64,000 nucleotides of DNA from Rhina ancylostomus (lineage: Eukaryota), in assembly GCA_030265395.1 (NCBI GenBank), contig JARFYF010000059.1, forward strand, positions 13,611,837-13,675,836, in the 5' to 3' direction. Positions 1-13,339 of this stretch are shown here, one piece after another (the first letter of the stretch is position 1; each line of letters opens with the position of its first letter). The notes beneath the pieces are model-generated. The model did not search any database and was not told where the DNA came from. It was given only the letters and a program-made list of their open reading frames with translations. A program made the position numbers and the translations under genes.

Positions 1-380
1 TTCATTTAAAGATAGGACTGAAACCAGCAGTCCAAATGGGGAACTGTGCACACATATCCACCTGGTGGTGCACTCTGTTACAGCATTTCTCAATGAAACC
101 AATAATACTCTAACGGGACTTGGTAGAGTTGATGTTTCCATATCAACGTGCTTAGAACCAGGGTTCAATCTTAAAATAAGGAGTTGGACAGAAATGAAGT
201 CGTTGGAATTCTCTACTCAAGCAGGGTGTGGGGGCTCAGTCAGTAAGTACATTCAAGATAGAGACTGCTAGATTTTTGTATAATAATGGAATTGAGGGAC
301 ACAAAATTATGGTGGAAAGTAGGTTTCAGGCAAAAGGTGATCTGTGATCTTACTGAATAGCAGAATTGAGGATGGACTGA
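1..380 (+). mobile_element. Degenerate CR1-like LINE 3' fragment
   Basis: Resembles the CR1 3' ends elsewhere in the window (tcagtaagtacattcaagatagagactgctagatttttg...). Confidence 0.45.
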
Positions 381-633
381 AAGGGCAACTTTTTTTGTGT
401 CCAAGAATGGCCCCTTAGCAGGACACAGGCTGGGATTGTAACAATCAGTGAATTTAATTGACTAAAACTAACTTAAGCTCATGCACCTCTCATCTCTTCA
501 GCAAGGTAACAGGCAATGTACTACAGTTCCTATGTGATTTAACTAATTTAAAACACAATTGTTCCTTGCTTCCATCAAGTCTTTGACACAACCATGCTCT
601 CTCAAAACTCAGTGCTGCTCAGTAAACACCTAC

Positions 634-834
634 CTGGGCCAGTCCAAGCAGTGACTTCAATCTGCATGCCAAAAAATAACTTCCCCTTGGACGCATTCAT
701 AGCCTTCTCCTGATCTTCTTGTTGTCGAAAGAAAACAAGGCCATAGCGCTCCTCAGAAGCACCATGGATCTGCACAGATGTTACCTTCCCATACTTCTTA
801 AATTCGTGGAATAGACCATCTTTAAGGCTTGTGT
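634..834 (-). CDS. SPEN: SPEN coding exon 5 (201 nt; DTSLKDGLFHEFKKYGKVTSVQIHG...GKLFFGMQIEVTAWTGP, RRM2)
   Basis: ORF 602..844. Acceptor ttatttttgcatttag, donor AG|GTAGGT, phase 1-1. Confidence 0.97.
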
Positions 835-3379
835 CTAAATGCAAAAATAAACATTTTCAATACAATGTTGTTCACATGATGCAAAATATCATTTTTCTTT
901 AGTTCAATTTGTAATCAACAGAATCACCAATTTTACAGGTGCTTACATCTAGTATGCTCTTCTGATTTGAAATGGTAGACACTCCTGGCTTTCAGAGATT
1001 CTCAGATGAGAGCTACCAAAATGATCTGAAAGTATGGAGAGCACTGGCCATGCTGCAGGCAGCAAACAAACATTACAACCCCTGCAAAATGAAATGGAGG
1101 GGAAGTTGGACTAAGAGAGGATTTGACCTGCTACTTGTATCCAATAATTATAATGGCAGAGCTTTGCTCAATTTTAAGCCAGATCTTTGCCCTTCTTTTC
1201 AATAATATTTCTAACTTAAGTAGAAAACAACATTTGGAGAAATGCAAAGAGCTAAATTGAAATGAGGATTCAAAAAGAAGTCCTCAATTTTATATTAGTA
1301 ATTTATATAAAAGTAATTATGGCACAAAATGGCATCCCTAAAGTAAGCAAGTGTGACAGGTTCTATTAAATTCTCCTGTTGAATAGAAACAGACATCAGA
1401 TTTCTTACGGGTTCGGATTCTAACTTCAATATGTGGCTGTGACACCAATATTTATAATTTCAATGTATTCAAGAAATGTAGTAATAATAAAAAAGGAATT
1501 CCCAATTTAAGCATTTCAAAAGATTAAAACTTCTCTTTAAAGAGAAGTAACATTAAGAAACCAATTAACTGGGTTGTGAAATTAAAACACAGTATTCAAC
1601 TATGTGACAAATATTTCAAGTTCGGAGTTATAAGCTTTTAGCACTGATCATTATATAATTTCAAATCCAAGTAACTTCTGAGTTTGTTTCTTCCATATAT
1701 GCTTTCCGTTTTGAAAATACCTTTGTCAGTCTCTCACTGAAGTGAATGGACTGAGGAAGAAAATAAACAAGTGCATTTTTTCTAACAAGCCCCTTGATTC
1801 CATTGATTATACAAAAATCTAGCCATCTCTATCTTGAATGTATTTACTGAGCCCACACAACCCACTTGAGTAGAGAATTCCAATGACTTCACTTTTTCTA
1901 AAAGGTATGAACCTAATTTTTTCCCCCCCTCACTCTTCTGCTAATTGTTTTTCCTCTACATCTGAAGAGATTCATTCTTTGCTGGGGTACAACTGTATGA
2001 TAGCTTCTAGTCTATGTACAAGTTGCTATTTTTCGTGTGTATCTACTGCATTAAATACTGGCAGATTATTCAATAATTGCCCACTCCCATTTCATGTTCA
2101 TGGATGTAATTCTGGCAGAAACAATGATCAAGAGCAGGAAATGTCCACTTTTCTGTCCATAATCTAGATGATTTTAGGACCAAATATAGACCTACAATTA
2201 CCATCATGGCTGAATTCATCCTATTAAGCAAAGGATTCCAAAGACTTTTGGGGGCTCCATTTTAAAATACTCAAACATTTCAAAATACCTCCCATAGCTT
2301 CGCCACATTTTGTTTTGCATTCTCCTCTAGCCCACAAACACTCTGAAAACTTTGCACTCTTCCAATTCTGGCCTTGATAATGTGCCAATGTTTAGAACTG
2401 ACATACATTTGACCGCTAAAGGTCAAACTCTGGAAAAACCTCCCTAAACCCTTCTGTCTCAATTCTTCCTTGAGACATTCCTTAAAGCCTCTCCCTTTGA
2501 GCCAGGTGGTGTACTTGTGGCTCAGTGCGAAATGTTGTTTGACTGTGCTCCTGTAAAGTACTCCGGGCATTTTACGACATTAAAAGCATTGCATGAATAA
2601 AAACTGTTATTGTATCAATCATGGTGTGGTTTGAAGGGCGGCACAACATGGTGGGCCAAAGGGCCTGTATTGTGCTGTTTTGTTCTATAGTTCTGTAGTA
2701 TCTACTCAGTGACTTAACTGCTATCAATGTGCCTCTGCCTGAAGTACGTTCTAATGTTTTGTCAATTTCGCTTCTATTTGCAGTGCAAATCTACACCTAT
2801 CAGATCAAAGTTCGGTACAAACTGAAGAACATTTTTAAAATCAATTATGCTTAATTTATTTTTATTTTCACAGATTTGACCAAGAAGACAATAGCACATT
2901 GGATATACTCTTATTTATCTCAGTCTCTACATACAAATTGCAAAAATACCCACTCACACAGACCTCATTTTATTCTCCCCACAATCTCATCAGCTTCCAA
3001 GATTCTATCACTCACCTGCACACCAGAGGTAACTTACTGTGACTAGTTAACTTACCAACAATTATCCCAAAAAGAAATGAAGAAATCACAATGAATACAG
3101 AGAAGCTGCCATATGTTAATTTAAACCAAATTGAAATGCCAGTGATCTAAAACTTCTAATTCAAAGAACTTCTCTTTCCTGCAGTTACAATGTCACTGGT
3201 ATTTTGTGATAAGACATACATTAGATATTCCATTAAATCAGATCAAAATGATGTCCAAATATAGCTTTCCTAGCATTTTCTAAAATCCAATATTGTTATT
3301 CAAAAAAAAAAGTTGGGTGCCAGGCAATTTCTTCAAACATATCAAATATTTTCTAGAATAGGATTGCCATCAGATTTCT

Positions 3380-3556
3380 GAACCCTTCGTAATTGGATTT
3401 CTGAACAGTCCACGAACTCTACCTCATTATTCTTCTTTTGCACAATTTTATTTATTCATTGGTAACTTAGTGATTTTTATGTCTTGCACTGTATTGCTGC
3501 CACAAAACAACAAATTTCACAACATACAGTATGTCAGTGATAATAAACCTGATTCT
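3380..3556 (+). mobile_element. LINE 3'-tail repeat, second copy at ~51430-51627
   Basis: Both loci share tctgaacagtcca...gtcttgcactgta...aaaacaacaaatt...tcagtgataataaa(c/t)ctgattc. Confidence 0.75.
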
Positions 3557-3594
3557 GCCAAATAGAAGAAACTTTTCAAATGATGTTTACTCAC

Positions 3595-3755
3595 CAGTAG
3601 AACGGACTGGCAAATTTTGGACCTTGATTCCATAGCTCTTGCGTGGTTCATCCTTTTCCACAGGTGTTGGGAGTTGAACTGGTGGTGCAGGGACTGCAGC
3701 AGACTGAACGGATCTTGCTGGAGACTCGTCACTGGAACTGCTGCTTGAATCACTA
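3595..3755 (-). CDS. SPEN: SPEN coding exon 4 (161 nt; SDSSSSSSDESPARSVQSAAVPAP...KSYGIKVQNLPVRST, start of RRM2)
   Basis: ORF 3587..3802. Acceptor ctttgcttttcacag, donor TG|GTGAGT, phase 2 to 1. Confidence 0.97.
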
Positions 3756-5299
3756 CTGTGAAAAGCAAAGCTACTGGTTAGATTTGACCAACTGTGTTCC
3801 ACATTACAGAAAATATGAGTACATTCCCATTATAGCTGCAGACTAAACAACATCCAATTTATTTATATCTATCCTACAATCCCAATCCTGTTGCTATGGA
3901 GAGCTCATGCTTCCCCAAAGATACAAAGCAGTAAATAAAAAGTAACTTTGTGGCTCTTATAGTCAAGCTTAGAGTGGCAGCAACAATGATCTTTAAGTAG
4001 GTGATGCACTCACTCAGATAAAAATGTTTTGTTCAGGTTAGTATAAATGCACATCATGTCTTAATTTTTTTTTAAGTGTAATAATTTTTTGAAATACAGT
4101 ATTATGATAAATCAATAAACTATTCTTTTATAAAGGCTTGCTCCATTTCACATGTTAGTCAATCAGGAGAATGTCTTTCTACATGTAGTAATTCACAGTG
4201 TATTATCATGTCTCTTTACAAATACCAAAATGTGTTTAAGGAATATAAATAACATACTGCGGCACAATTTATGAATTCCCATCAGACTAACCATATGTAC
4301 ATGCTACTCATATTTTGGTATCAATGGGATTTCCACAGCTGCATCATTTTATAAGCATTCAAATAAACAGTTCATTGCATTATAGCAACCACATTTACAC
4401 TTTTCTTCTTTTATCTNNNNNNNNNNNNNNNNNNNNNNNNNNNNNNNNNNNNNNNNNNNNNNNNNNNNNNNNNNNNNNNNNNNNNNNNNNNNNNNNNNNN
4501 NNNNNNNNNNNNNNNNTCATTTTATAAGCATTCAAATTAACAGTTCATTGCATTATAGCAACCAAATTTAAACTTTTCTTCTTTTATCTATACTCCGCAT
4601 GGATTAGAAAGTGTTAACCCATTTATTTAAAAAAAACTTTAGAATCTAAGCACAGTTTAACAATTGGTACTGGGGAAGAAATTTTCAAAAAGCTGATAAA
4701 CATAAGCAATAGGTATAAACTGATAGACTCTATGCACACAGTTTGAAGAAACAAGGTAAACACAATTAAGTTCCAAATAATATTGGAAGGCCAGTGAAAC
4801 CCCTGTCCCAAGTACTGTACAAGCAAAACTGATTTCCGACAAAAAGTTGTGGTTTTGTCAATCAGTTCCTTCAAAAAGGAGAACTGGTTGGTATAAGAAA
4901 GGAGATTATATAAAGTATGATTAAAATCATTATTTGCATGCTAACCAACTAAAACACCATGCAATACACAGAGCCAAGTGATCAGATTAAACCTCTGCAG
5001 TACTATGATACCTTGTCATAAGTAGTGGTAGACAACTAAAGAGCTAACAGGAAGAGGTAGCACCAAGATCACCCCCATTTTCAACANNNNNNNNNNTTCA
5101 ACAATGATGGGGTCCAACATATGAGTTCTGAATAAAAGGCTGAAGCATATATAATCATGTTCAGCCAGAAGTGCCAATCTATTTTGGTTCCTCCTAAGAT
5201 TGCCACCATCAGAGAAGCTGGTCTCATGGTAATTCTTATTCACTCTACTTGATGTAAAGAAACAACTGTGAGCATCAAATTGAGCAAAGAGTATGGGAC

Positions 5300-6549
5300 C
5301 AGAAAATCTCAGCTATAGTACTGAAGACCTGCGCTCCAGATCTACCTGTGTTCTAGTCAAGCTAATCCAGTACAGTTACATAACTGGCATCCATGCAACA
5401 ATGTAGAAAATTGCTCAGATATGCACAAGTTGCAGAACAAACCCAAGAAGACCAACCAATGTTCAATCAATCTATCTACTCTCGATGATCAAGAAGTGAT
5501 GGAAGCCATCATCAACAGTGCTATCAAGTGGCAGTTAGTCACCAGTGGAATCATCTGGCTCCAGATCTCATAACAATCATGTTTTAAACATGGTGTAGAG
5601 CTGAATGCCAGAAGTGAATGAGAGTTCTGCTCTTATCATCAATGCAGCATTTGACATTGTGTGGCATCAATGTGCTCTGGTAAAACTGAAATCAATGAGC
5701 ATCAAGGAGTCAACACTCCAATGGTTTGAGTCATAACTTGCATGGTTGTGGTTGTCTGAGGTCAATTATACCAGCTCCAGGGCATCACTGCAGGAGTTCC
5801 TCAGGGCAGTGTTCTAGACCTAAGCAATTGCACCTGCTTCATCAATGACTATCGTTCCAATCATAAGGTCAGAAGTAGTGACGTTTGCTGATGATTGCGC
5901 AATACTCAATTCCGTTTGCAACTTCTCTGCGAATGAAGCAGCCCATGCCTGTAGGCAGCAAGGCCCAGACAACATTTAGGCATTGGCTAATAGTGGCAAA
6001 TAACATCTGTGAGACAGCAGAGTCAGGCAATGATCACCTTCAACAAAAGAACGCCTAACTATCTATCCTCGACTTTCAATGGCATTACCATTGTCAAGTC
6101 TCCCAACTTCAATATACTGGAGGGTCACCACTGACTAACCACACTCAATTAGACTAGCCACACAAGTATTGTGGCTACATGAGCACATCAGAAATTCAGT
6201 TCCTTTTGGTATTGAAGTCCTGTGCCCCAGATCTAGCTGTGGTCTAGCCAAGACTGTGTTGAGATCTGGAGCTGATTAATACCTGAATGATTCACTTCCG
6301 AACATCCCTAGGCCTTTCCGCCATCTAGCAGACACAAGTGATGAGCTTGATGAATACTTTCCACATTCAACAAGTGCATTAACAGGAATTCCTCAGAAGC
6401 TTGACACCATCCAAGCCCACGATTGGCACTCCATCAACCTAGCTAATATTCAGTCTCTCCACTTGTGGTATATAGTGGCTGCAATGTGTACCATCTAGGT
6501 TCTTCTGATACATCCCAAACTTGTGACCTCTGGCACCAAGGACAAGGGT
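5300..6549 (+). mobile_element. Degenerate CR1/L2-group LINE, RT region; its 3' tail resumes at ~8186-8385
   Basis: ggagttcctcagggcagtgttcta (GVPQGSVL), ttcatcaatgac (FIND), tttgctgatgat (FADD), many frameshifts. Confidence 0.8.
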
Positions 6550-8185
6550 AAATTAGTAAACTGGTTTATTATTGTTACATGTACCAAGGTACAGTAAAAA
6601 CTTTGTTTTGCATGCTATCCATACATATCATTTTATCATATCAGTACATTAGGTAGTACAAGGAAATAGTAATAACAGAATGCAGAGTATAGTGTTACAG
6701 TTACAGAGTAAGTGCAGTGCAGGCAGACAATAAGGTGCAAGGCCACAACAAGGTAGATTTTGAGACCAAGAGTCCATCTTATCGTACGAGGAGACCGTTC
6801 AATAGTCATATAACAGCAGGATAGAAGTTGTATTTGAGGCTGGTGGTACGTGCTTTCCAATTCTTGTATATTCTGCCTGATGGGAGGGAGAGAACTGGGG
6901 TGGGTGAGGTCTCTGGGGTCTCACTACCTCTTTACCGAGGCAGTGAGAAATACAGAGTCTATGGAGGGGAAGCTGCTTTCCATGATATGTTGAGCTGCGT
7001 CCACAACTCTCTGCAGTTTCTTGCAGTCTCGGGCAGAGCAGTTGCCATACCAGGCCATGATGCATCCAGACAGGTGACTTTCTATGGTGCACCTATTGTT
7101 GAGGGTTAAGAGGGACATGCTGAGTTTCTTTAGCCTCTTGAGGAAGTAGAGGCATTGATGTGCTTTCTTGACCACGGTGTTTACATGGTTGGAACAGGAC
7201 AGGCTACTGGTGATATTCATTCCCAACAACTTGAAGCTCTCAACCTCAGCACAGTTGATGTAAACAGGAGCATGTACACCACCCCCCACCCCCCCTTCCT
7301 GAAGCCAATGCCTATTCTTTTGTTTTGCTGACACTGATNNNNNNNNNNTGGAAAGGTTGTTGTCATGACACCATGTTACTCGGCTCTCTGTATCCTTCCT
7401 GTACTCCGACTCATCATTATTTGAGATTTGGCCCATTACAGTGGTGTCATCTGCAAACTTGTAGATGGAGTTAGAGCATAATCTGCCACGCAGTCGTTAG
7501 TGTATAGGGAGTAAAGTAGGGGGCTGAAGACACAGCCTCCTGGGGAACCAGTGTTGAGGATAATCATGGTGGAGGTGTTGCTACCTACACTTATTGATTG
7601 CGGTTTGTTGGCCTGGAAGTCAAGCATCCAGTTGCAAAGGGAGGTGTGGAGTCCGTTGCCTTGGAGTTGGGAAATGAGTTTGCTTGTAATTATGGTTCTT
7701 AAGGCGGAATTGCAGTCAATAAATAGTAGTCTGACATAGGTGTCTTTACTATCCAGATGCTCCAGAGATGTGTGTAGGGCCAGGGAGATGGCATCTGCTG
7801 TGGACCTGTTTTGGTGGTAGTCGTAGTGGAGTGGGTCGAAGCTGGCCTCTCAAAACACTTCAGACCCACCTGGCGGTAATCATTAAGGCACATTACCTAA
7901 TTTTTCTTTGGTATTGGAACAATAGTGATCTTTTTTAAAGCTGACAGGTACCTCTGATTGAAGTAGGGAGAGGTTTAAAATGTCTGCAAATACCCCTGCC
8001 AGCTAATCTGCACATGATCTAAGTACATGGCTGGGGACTCCATCCAGGCCAGATACTTTCCATCAGTTTACTCTCCGGAAGACTGATCTGATGTCTGCAA
8101 CTGTGACTGTGGGTACAGGTGCACTGGAGGTTATCAGGGCGGGTGGTGACATTCCATTCCTCCTCTGTTCAAAACAAGCAAAGAA
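6550..8185 (-). mobile_element. Rex1/Babar-like LINE fragment nested in the preceding LINE
   Basis: ORFs 7436..7627 (LNTGSPGGCVFSPLLYSLYTNDC) and 6924..7436 (KKAHQCLYFLKRLKK, TIESHLSGCIMAWYGNCS); tttgcagatgacacc (FADDT) on the minus strand. Confidence 0.85.
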
Positions 8186-8649
8186 TGATGCACGGGAACA
8201 CCACATCTGCAGGTTCTCCTCCAAGTCACGCAACATCCTGACTTGGAAATATATTGCTAGTTCTACATTGTTGCCAGTTTTAAATACCAGAACTCTCTGC
8301 CCAACTGCACTATGCGAGTATCTATACCAAATGGACTGCAGCAGTTCACCTCTACAGTTTCAAGGGCAATTAGGATAGGCAAAGCCTAGTTCCTGAAAAA
8401 AAGTGTATTGCACGGTACTAAACTTGCACAAGCAGAGAGGAGGGATGGAAGAGGCTTTATGGAAGATGGATGGTGTGAAACTGGGACAAATAATCTGGTT
8501 ATTTACTTAAATAACTTTCAAATTCAAGGATTCCACATCATTCACTCAGATTAATCTTGTGGGTTGGAGACCATAATAAAGTTTATATAGATTAGGAAAG
8601 CAGCAATTTCATAGGGACTACAGAATATTTCTTATTTGATAGCAAAAAA

Positions 8650-8810
8650 ATTCTGATGATGTTGAAAATTTGAAATGGATCAGAAAATCCTGGATATACT
8701 GCAGGTCAAGCAGCATCTGTGGAGACAGGAACAGAGTTAATGCTTCAGATCAATTACTTCTCATCAGAATTGCTGCCTGATCTGCTGAATATTTCCAAAA
8801 TTTTATTTAC
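8650..8810. mobile_element. Penelope-terminal-repeat-like short repeat. Other copies at ~11810, 15120, 16870, 19815, 29865, 34500, 36280, 47750, 48930, 50725
   Basis: Recurrent ctgcagatgctggaa...cagcaggtcaggcagcatctgtggag motif, often as an inverted pair. Family assignment is from recollection of elasmobranch repeats. Confidence 0.6.
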
Positions 8811-11800
8811 TTCTGTACATTTAATTTTTTTAAGTCATTCTATCTCTTAACTATTTGCTTGATTGTTTTAAAATCACAGATGTGAATCAGACATATAGAG
8901 AAGATAATCAGCCTAGAAAAACTACAAGGTCCCACAGTGTAGAATGCTAAGCATGAAGAATAATTTGTGTAGTGCTATTAACAAGTCAAATTAATTGCTA
9001 ACACCAAATAAAAGGAAGATAACACATTATCTAACATCATTCTGAAAATGTATAACTATTGAATGTTTCAAAAATTAATTACCAACGAATGTTCACATAA
9101 GAAGCTTTAAGGATCAACTACTGAAGCTTGTGATGTTACTGATGAGGAGGACATACTATTTCCAAAGTAATTTTCAAGTGAATAAAGTTTCTCAATGTAT
9201 CAGAAAGCTAGAAATTGAAATTAAAAGCCAACTGCATTTTTGTCTGGAGGATATGCAAAAATCAGAAGAAATGTTCCTGTAAATACGTATCTGCCTATGT
9301 TTATTCCAGGATGATGGACTATTTCAAAATTTCAACATTTCAATCTAAAATATGTTCATTCAGTGAAAGTAAAATTAATTTAAATGATTTCAGAATTTTG
9401 TAGACTGGATGTGCTTGACTAACGCTGATCAGATTAAATGTATTCCAAATGAACAGTTTTCTCATCGGTTCAAAATAATATGCAAAGTTATTTACTACGA
9501 ATTTATATTGATTTGTCACTAACTCATGCATACAAGTAAAAAGAATTAAAACCAATATGCTGAAGTAGCATGATTACACCATACAATTCAACTCTGCACC
9601 TCAATGAGTGGTATCCAAGATACTCATCAATTTCCAGCAGTGCTGTCATATTACACTCAAAGCAGCTGCAAGGTCAGATCATGTCAGGCTGCTGACACCT
9701 AAACCAGCTGGAAGATTATTTCACAGCAGAGTTATAAAAGTCAACAAGCAACCGACTTTTTGCATTGTATAGTGGCATGTAGCCAGAAATTACTGAAAAT
9801 TTTTTACAATGCAGTTCTACAAAAGGCTCAGAGACAGGAATAATTCTACACGCTTCTGGTTCTAAGAATGCTCACTACAATATTCATTTCATTTAGAAAT
9901 TCTCAAATCACATTTATTATTTTTTCTCGATTATGACTAACCTATGTTTACTTGCTAATTGTTAAAATATCTACATAAAATTTCAGCAACAGCTGATCAG
10001 AATCTTAGATATTTAACAGCCACTATATATATACTTCAGAAAAAAATAACCATTTTGTCCACCCAAAATACTTTTCCATCCACATCTGCTGCTGGTATAA
10101 ATCTAACTTTTTAAAAACTTTCTCTCTCAAGCAGTATTCCTCAATATTATGAAATATATGATACAACTCACTTAACAATAATGATTTAATATAACTGCAT
10201 CATAAGCAAAAACACAGCTAAAATATCCATAGAAAGATTCTGCACTCCATAAGCTCTTAAATTGAAATAGGTTACTTTTCTGTTTATACATTAGTATTGT
10301 TTCAAAACAAAGTTGATTTCATTAATAAGTCATGGAAACAGAACAAAACATTTTCTTCATTTTTCATTGACAAAACTGTATATCTGTTTATATGATGAAA
10401 CAAAGGGCAACAATGCACTTCAAGGCATATCTACAATTGTTCTCCAACTAAGTTCTGGCAAGGTAAAGGCATCCTTTCTTTTTAAACAAACACAAGCTTT
10501 ACCAATAACCATTATAACATAAACACAATCTGCTTTTCAATTCAAAACACACAACAGTAAACACATAGAAGTGATGCCTTCTATATATGTCTTAAACAGT
10601 GTTAAAAGCAAATTGCCATTGTGAGGGATGCCTGCATGTTCAACTCTGCTGATTCAGGATTTTGGCATATCATATTTGCAGTCTGGGATCAAGCTGCCCT
10701 TTTGAAAAACGACCATTTAGAGTAACTCAGCAGCTGAATCAGAATTGATTTGGTTCCTGAATCAGCACTAAATAGAACAACACTAAACACACCAAATTCA
10801 GATAAACAAAAATTCATCCAAAACATTGAACATTTATTTCAAATAATCAAGTAACACAATTGTGATGCAAGCAGAAATGGCAATATTACGTGTACATTAG
10901 AATAGCCACAGAAATATCAACATTTCATAATCAATTCTTCCCAAAGAAACTTACATTAAAACTGAGACTCCAGTTTTCCTACAAAATATATATAAATGGG
11001 GCAATTAAACATCTAGTCCATATATCAACAGGAGAATTAAAACTAGATAATTAATTCAAAATCAGTTTTGACTGAAACTAGATACATTTATGAACAAATT
11101 CATTAAATAAATTCTACTAGAAACAAGCTGCCAGCAATATTCCAACATCATGAAAGTTTCAGATTTCCTTCTTACAGAATCAGTATTGTAAAGTCAATTT
11201 CTTCAGTTCACCCACTGATATAATGGATTTTTGAACAGATTGATACGAAACTAGTTAATCTTACGGAAGAAATAGGTTAAATCTACAAGGATCAATTTTG
11301 ATTCAGTTACACTTACAACCTGCCTATCAACAAGAGCTTGCATTTTCTACCAAAGATACAAAAAGGGTACCATACTGCATTCTCACATGTTTCGCAGCAT
11401 GTAAAATGGTATCTTCTGATGAGCCTTTACTATTTATTAAAATATTACATATTTTCAGTTTTAGGTGGAGTTATCTTTGAATGAACAAAAGTTATTAATG
11501 AGTAATTAATATGCAGGAAGAACCAGTGGCTGTCATTGGGAAAATCAATTAAACCCTTTATTGCAGCACACACAAATTCTCAAGGAGTCTGTGAGGTATC
11601 TGTTCCAACTCAGCATAAAGTATTCATTTTAAAAATGCAGCTTGTTTTCAGAGTTGGTTTCAGATAAGAGAATTCCATAACCTAACAAAATCAGGCACAA
11701 TATTCCCATCCTCTTATTTTTATAAACTGGAACGTTCTTGATATTCATATACATTATCATTCAGGAATTCTAGGCAACAGAGTTAATGATACAGTAGATA

Positions 11801-11929
11801 AAAAAAATAAAACTGCAGATGTTGGAAATGTAAAATAAAAACAGAAAACACTGAAAAACCTCAGCAGGTCAGTTAATGGTACAGTTCTGGTGCAGCCAAA
11901 TGATGGTATTTTGTACAAAATTTATTATT

Positions 11930-12315
11930 CCACAACTCAGTTGACAGCACTCTTATTTCTGAGTCATTCGAGAGATTTAAGCATTAGATTTAATCTAATC
12001 TGATGTTCTAGTACTTAAATACTACTTTGACAGACATACCATCTTGTGGATGAGATGCTCTCTCTGGTCCATATGACAGATCCCATAGCACTTATCTTGA
12101 GGAAGGGTATGAAAAATATCCCAGTCCTCTAACCAATATGTATCCTTCTATCAACACTACCAAAATATATTTGATCATCATCCTTTTTTTGTACATAAGA
12201 GCTTGCTTTTCACGAATTGATTGCTTTTACAAATCACTACAATTCAGAAATACTTTTATTAAGAACTTGGGCATCCTGAGATCATGAAAGGTGCTTTACA
12301 AATGCAAGTTTTTTC
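11930..12315 (+). mobile_element. Deu-domain SINE (SacSINE1/AmnSINE1-like), decayed and near full length
   Basis: ggatgagatg...agatcccatagcact...ccaatatgtatcc...tcaacactaccaaaa...ggcatcctgagatcatgaaaggtgctttacaaatgcaagt follows the order of the Deu-SINE consensus as I recall it. Confidence 0.65.
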
Positions 12316-13339
12316 TTTTTCTTCAGTAGTTTGTCTTAAATAGATTAAAAATAAGTTGGATGAATGGTTGGAGAGTATAGGGATACAGGAACAGAACTTG
12401 AATATGCATCATTCATATAGACTGTATGGATCTTGAATCATTGATATAGATGAGCTGAAACCAAACACTGATCCTTACGCCACCTTGCTAGTTACACTCT
12501 GCATCCCCTATTTTCCATATTTCGTCATTCTGAACTCTCAATTGCTCCTCCAGATCCCAGTTTGGTGTGTCAGAATCAATTTAGAGGTAAAGCAATGATG
12601 TTATAGCAGGTTTAGACACCAAGGTCTTTATTTGCATTCGTTGGCCTCTTCCCAACTACAATTTAAACTGGAGGGACTGAAACACAAACTCCAGAGATGG
12701 AAGAGGTTCATTGTCTACACACCTGAAAATACCACTAAGTCATGCATAATTAGTGCAGCTGAGGTATTACAAAAAGAGTGCTTAGGAACTCTACTGTGAA
12801 ATTAAACACAGCCACTCAACACTGAAAAACAATCTAAATATTGTTACAATGCTTTTCTTCTGCTCAAAAAATAAGACAGGTATCATTCTTTATTATTTGA
12901 TACCTTTTTTTCAACAGTCCAATGCCAACAATATGGCCCGCCACCCAGATATTTGAAATGCTATAAAGGATTAACTCTAAAAAAGTTTTAAATGGAAATT
13001 ATATAACATGATCAACACCTGACTTTAAAGTCACTGTTGAGTCAAGCAGTGAAACCTTCCATACTGACCCAGGACAACCACAAGGATAATTCAAAAGCTG
13101 ATTTACTCCCTAAAATAAGGAAATTTGATGTGTTCCCCCAACTCTAAGATGTTAACAGAACACCTTTTAGCAAAATTGGCCTACATTATGAGTTGCACTT
13201 ATTTTCTGCATGGCAGTATTTAGTCCATGACATTCTGTAATGATCACCAGAAAAATATCTGCTCTAATGTATATTTAATGTATAAAATAAGAATTTTAGT
13301 ATTTTCATAAAATTGCCAGTTTATGTTTGTGTGCATTAA

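Noticed and set aside
3005-3025. AG|GTGAGT recursive-splice-like site (also AG|GTAAGG near 23945)
   Set aside because: Both lie inside SINE/LINE remnants and lack a good polypyrimidine tract.
4344-4589. 73-bp direct repeat flanking the 100-N gap; similar short duplications at 5087, 15481, 61144 and 62478
   Set aside because: Unmerged contig overlaps. Their C/A mismatches indicate base-call errors rather than tandem repeats.
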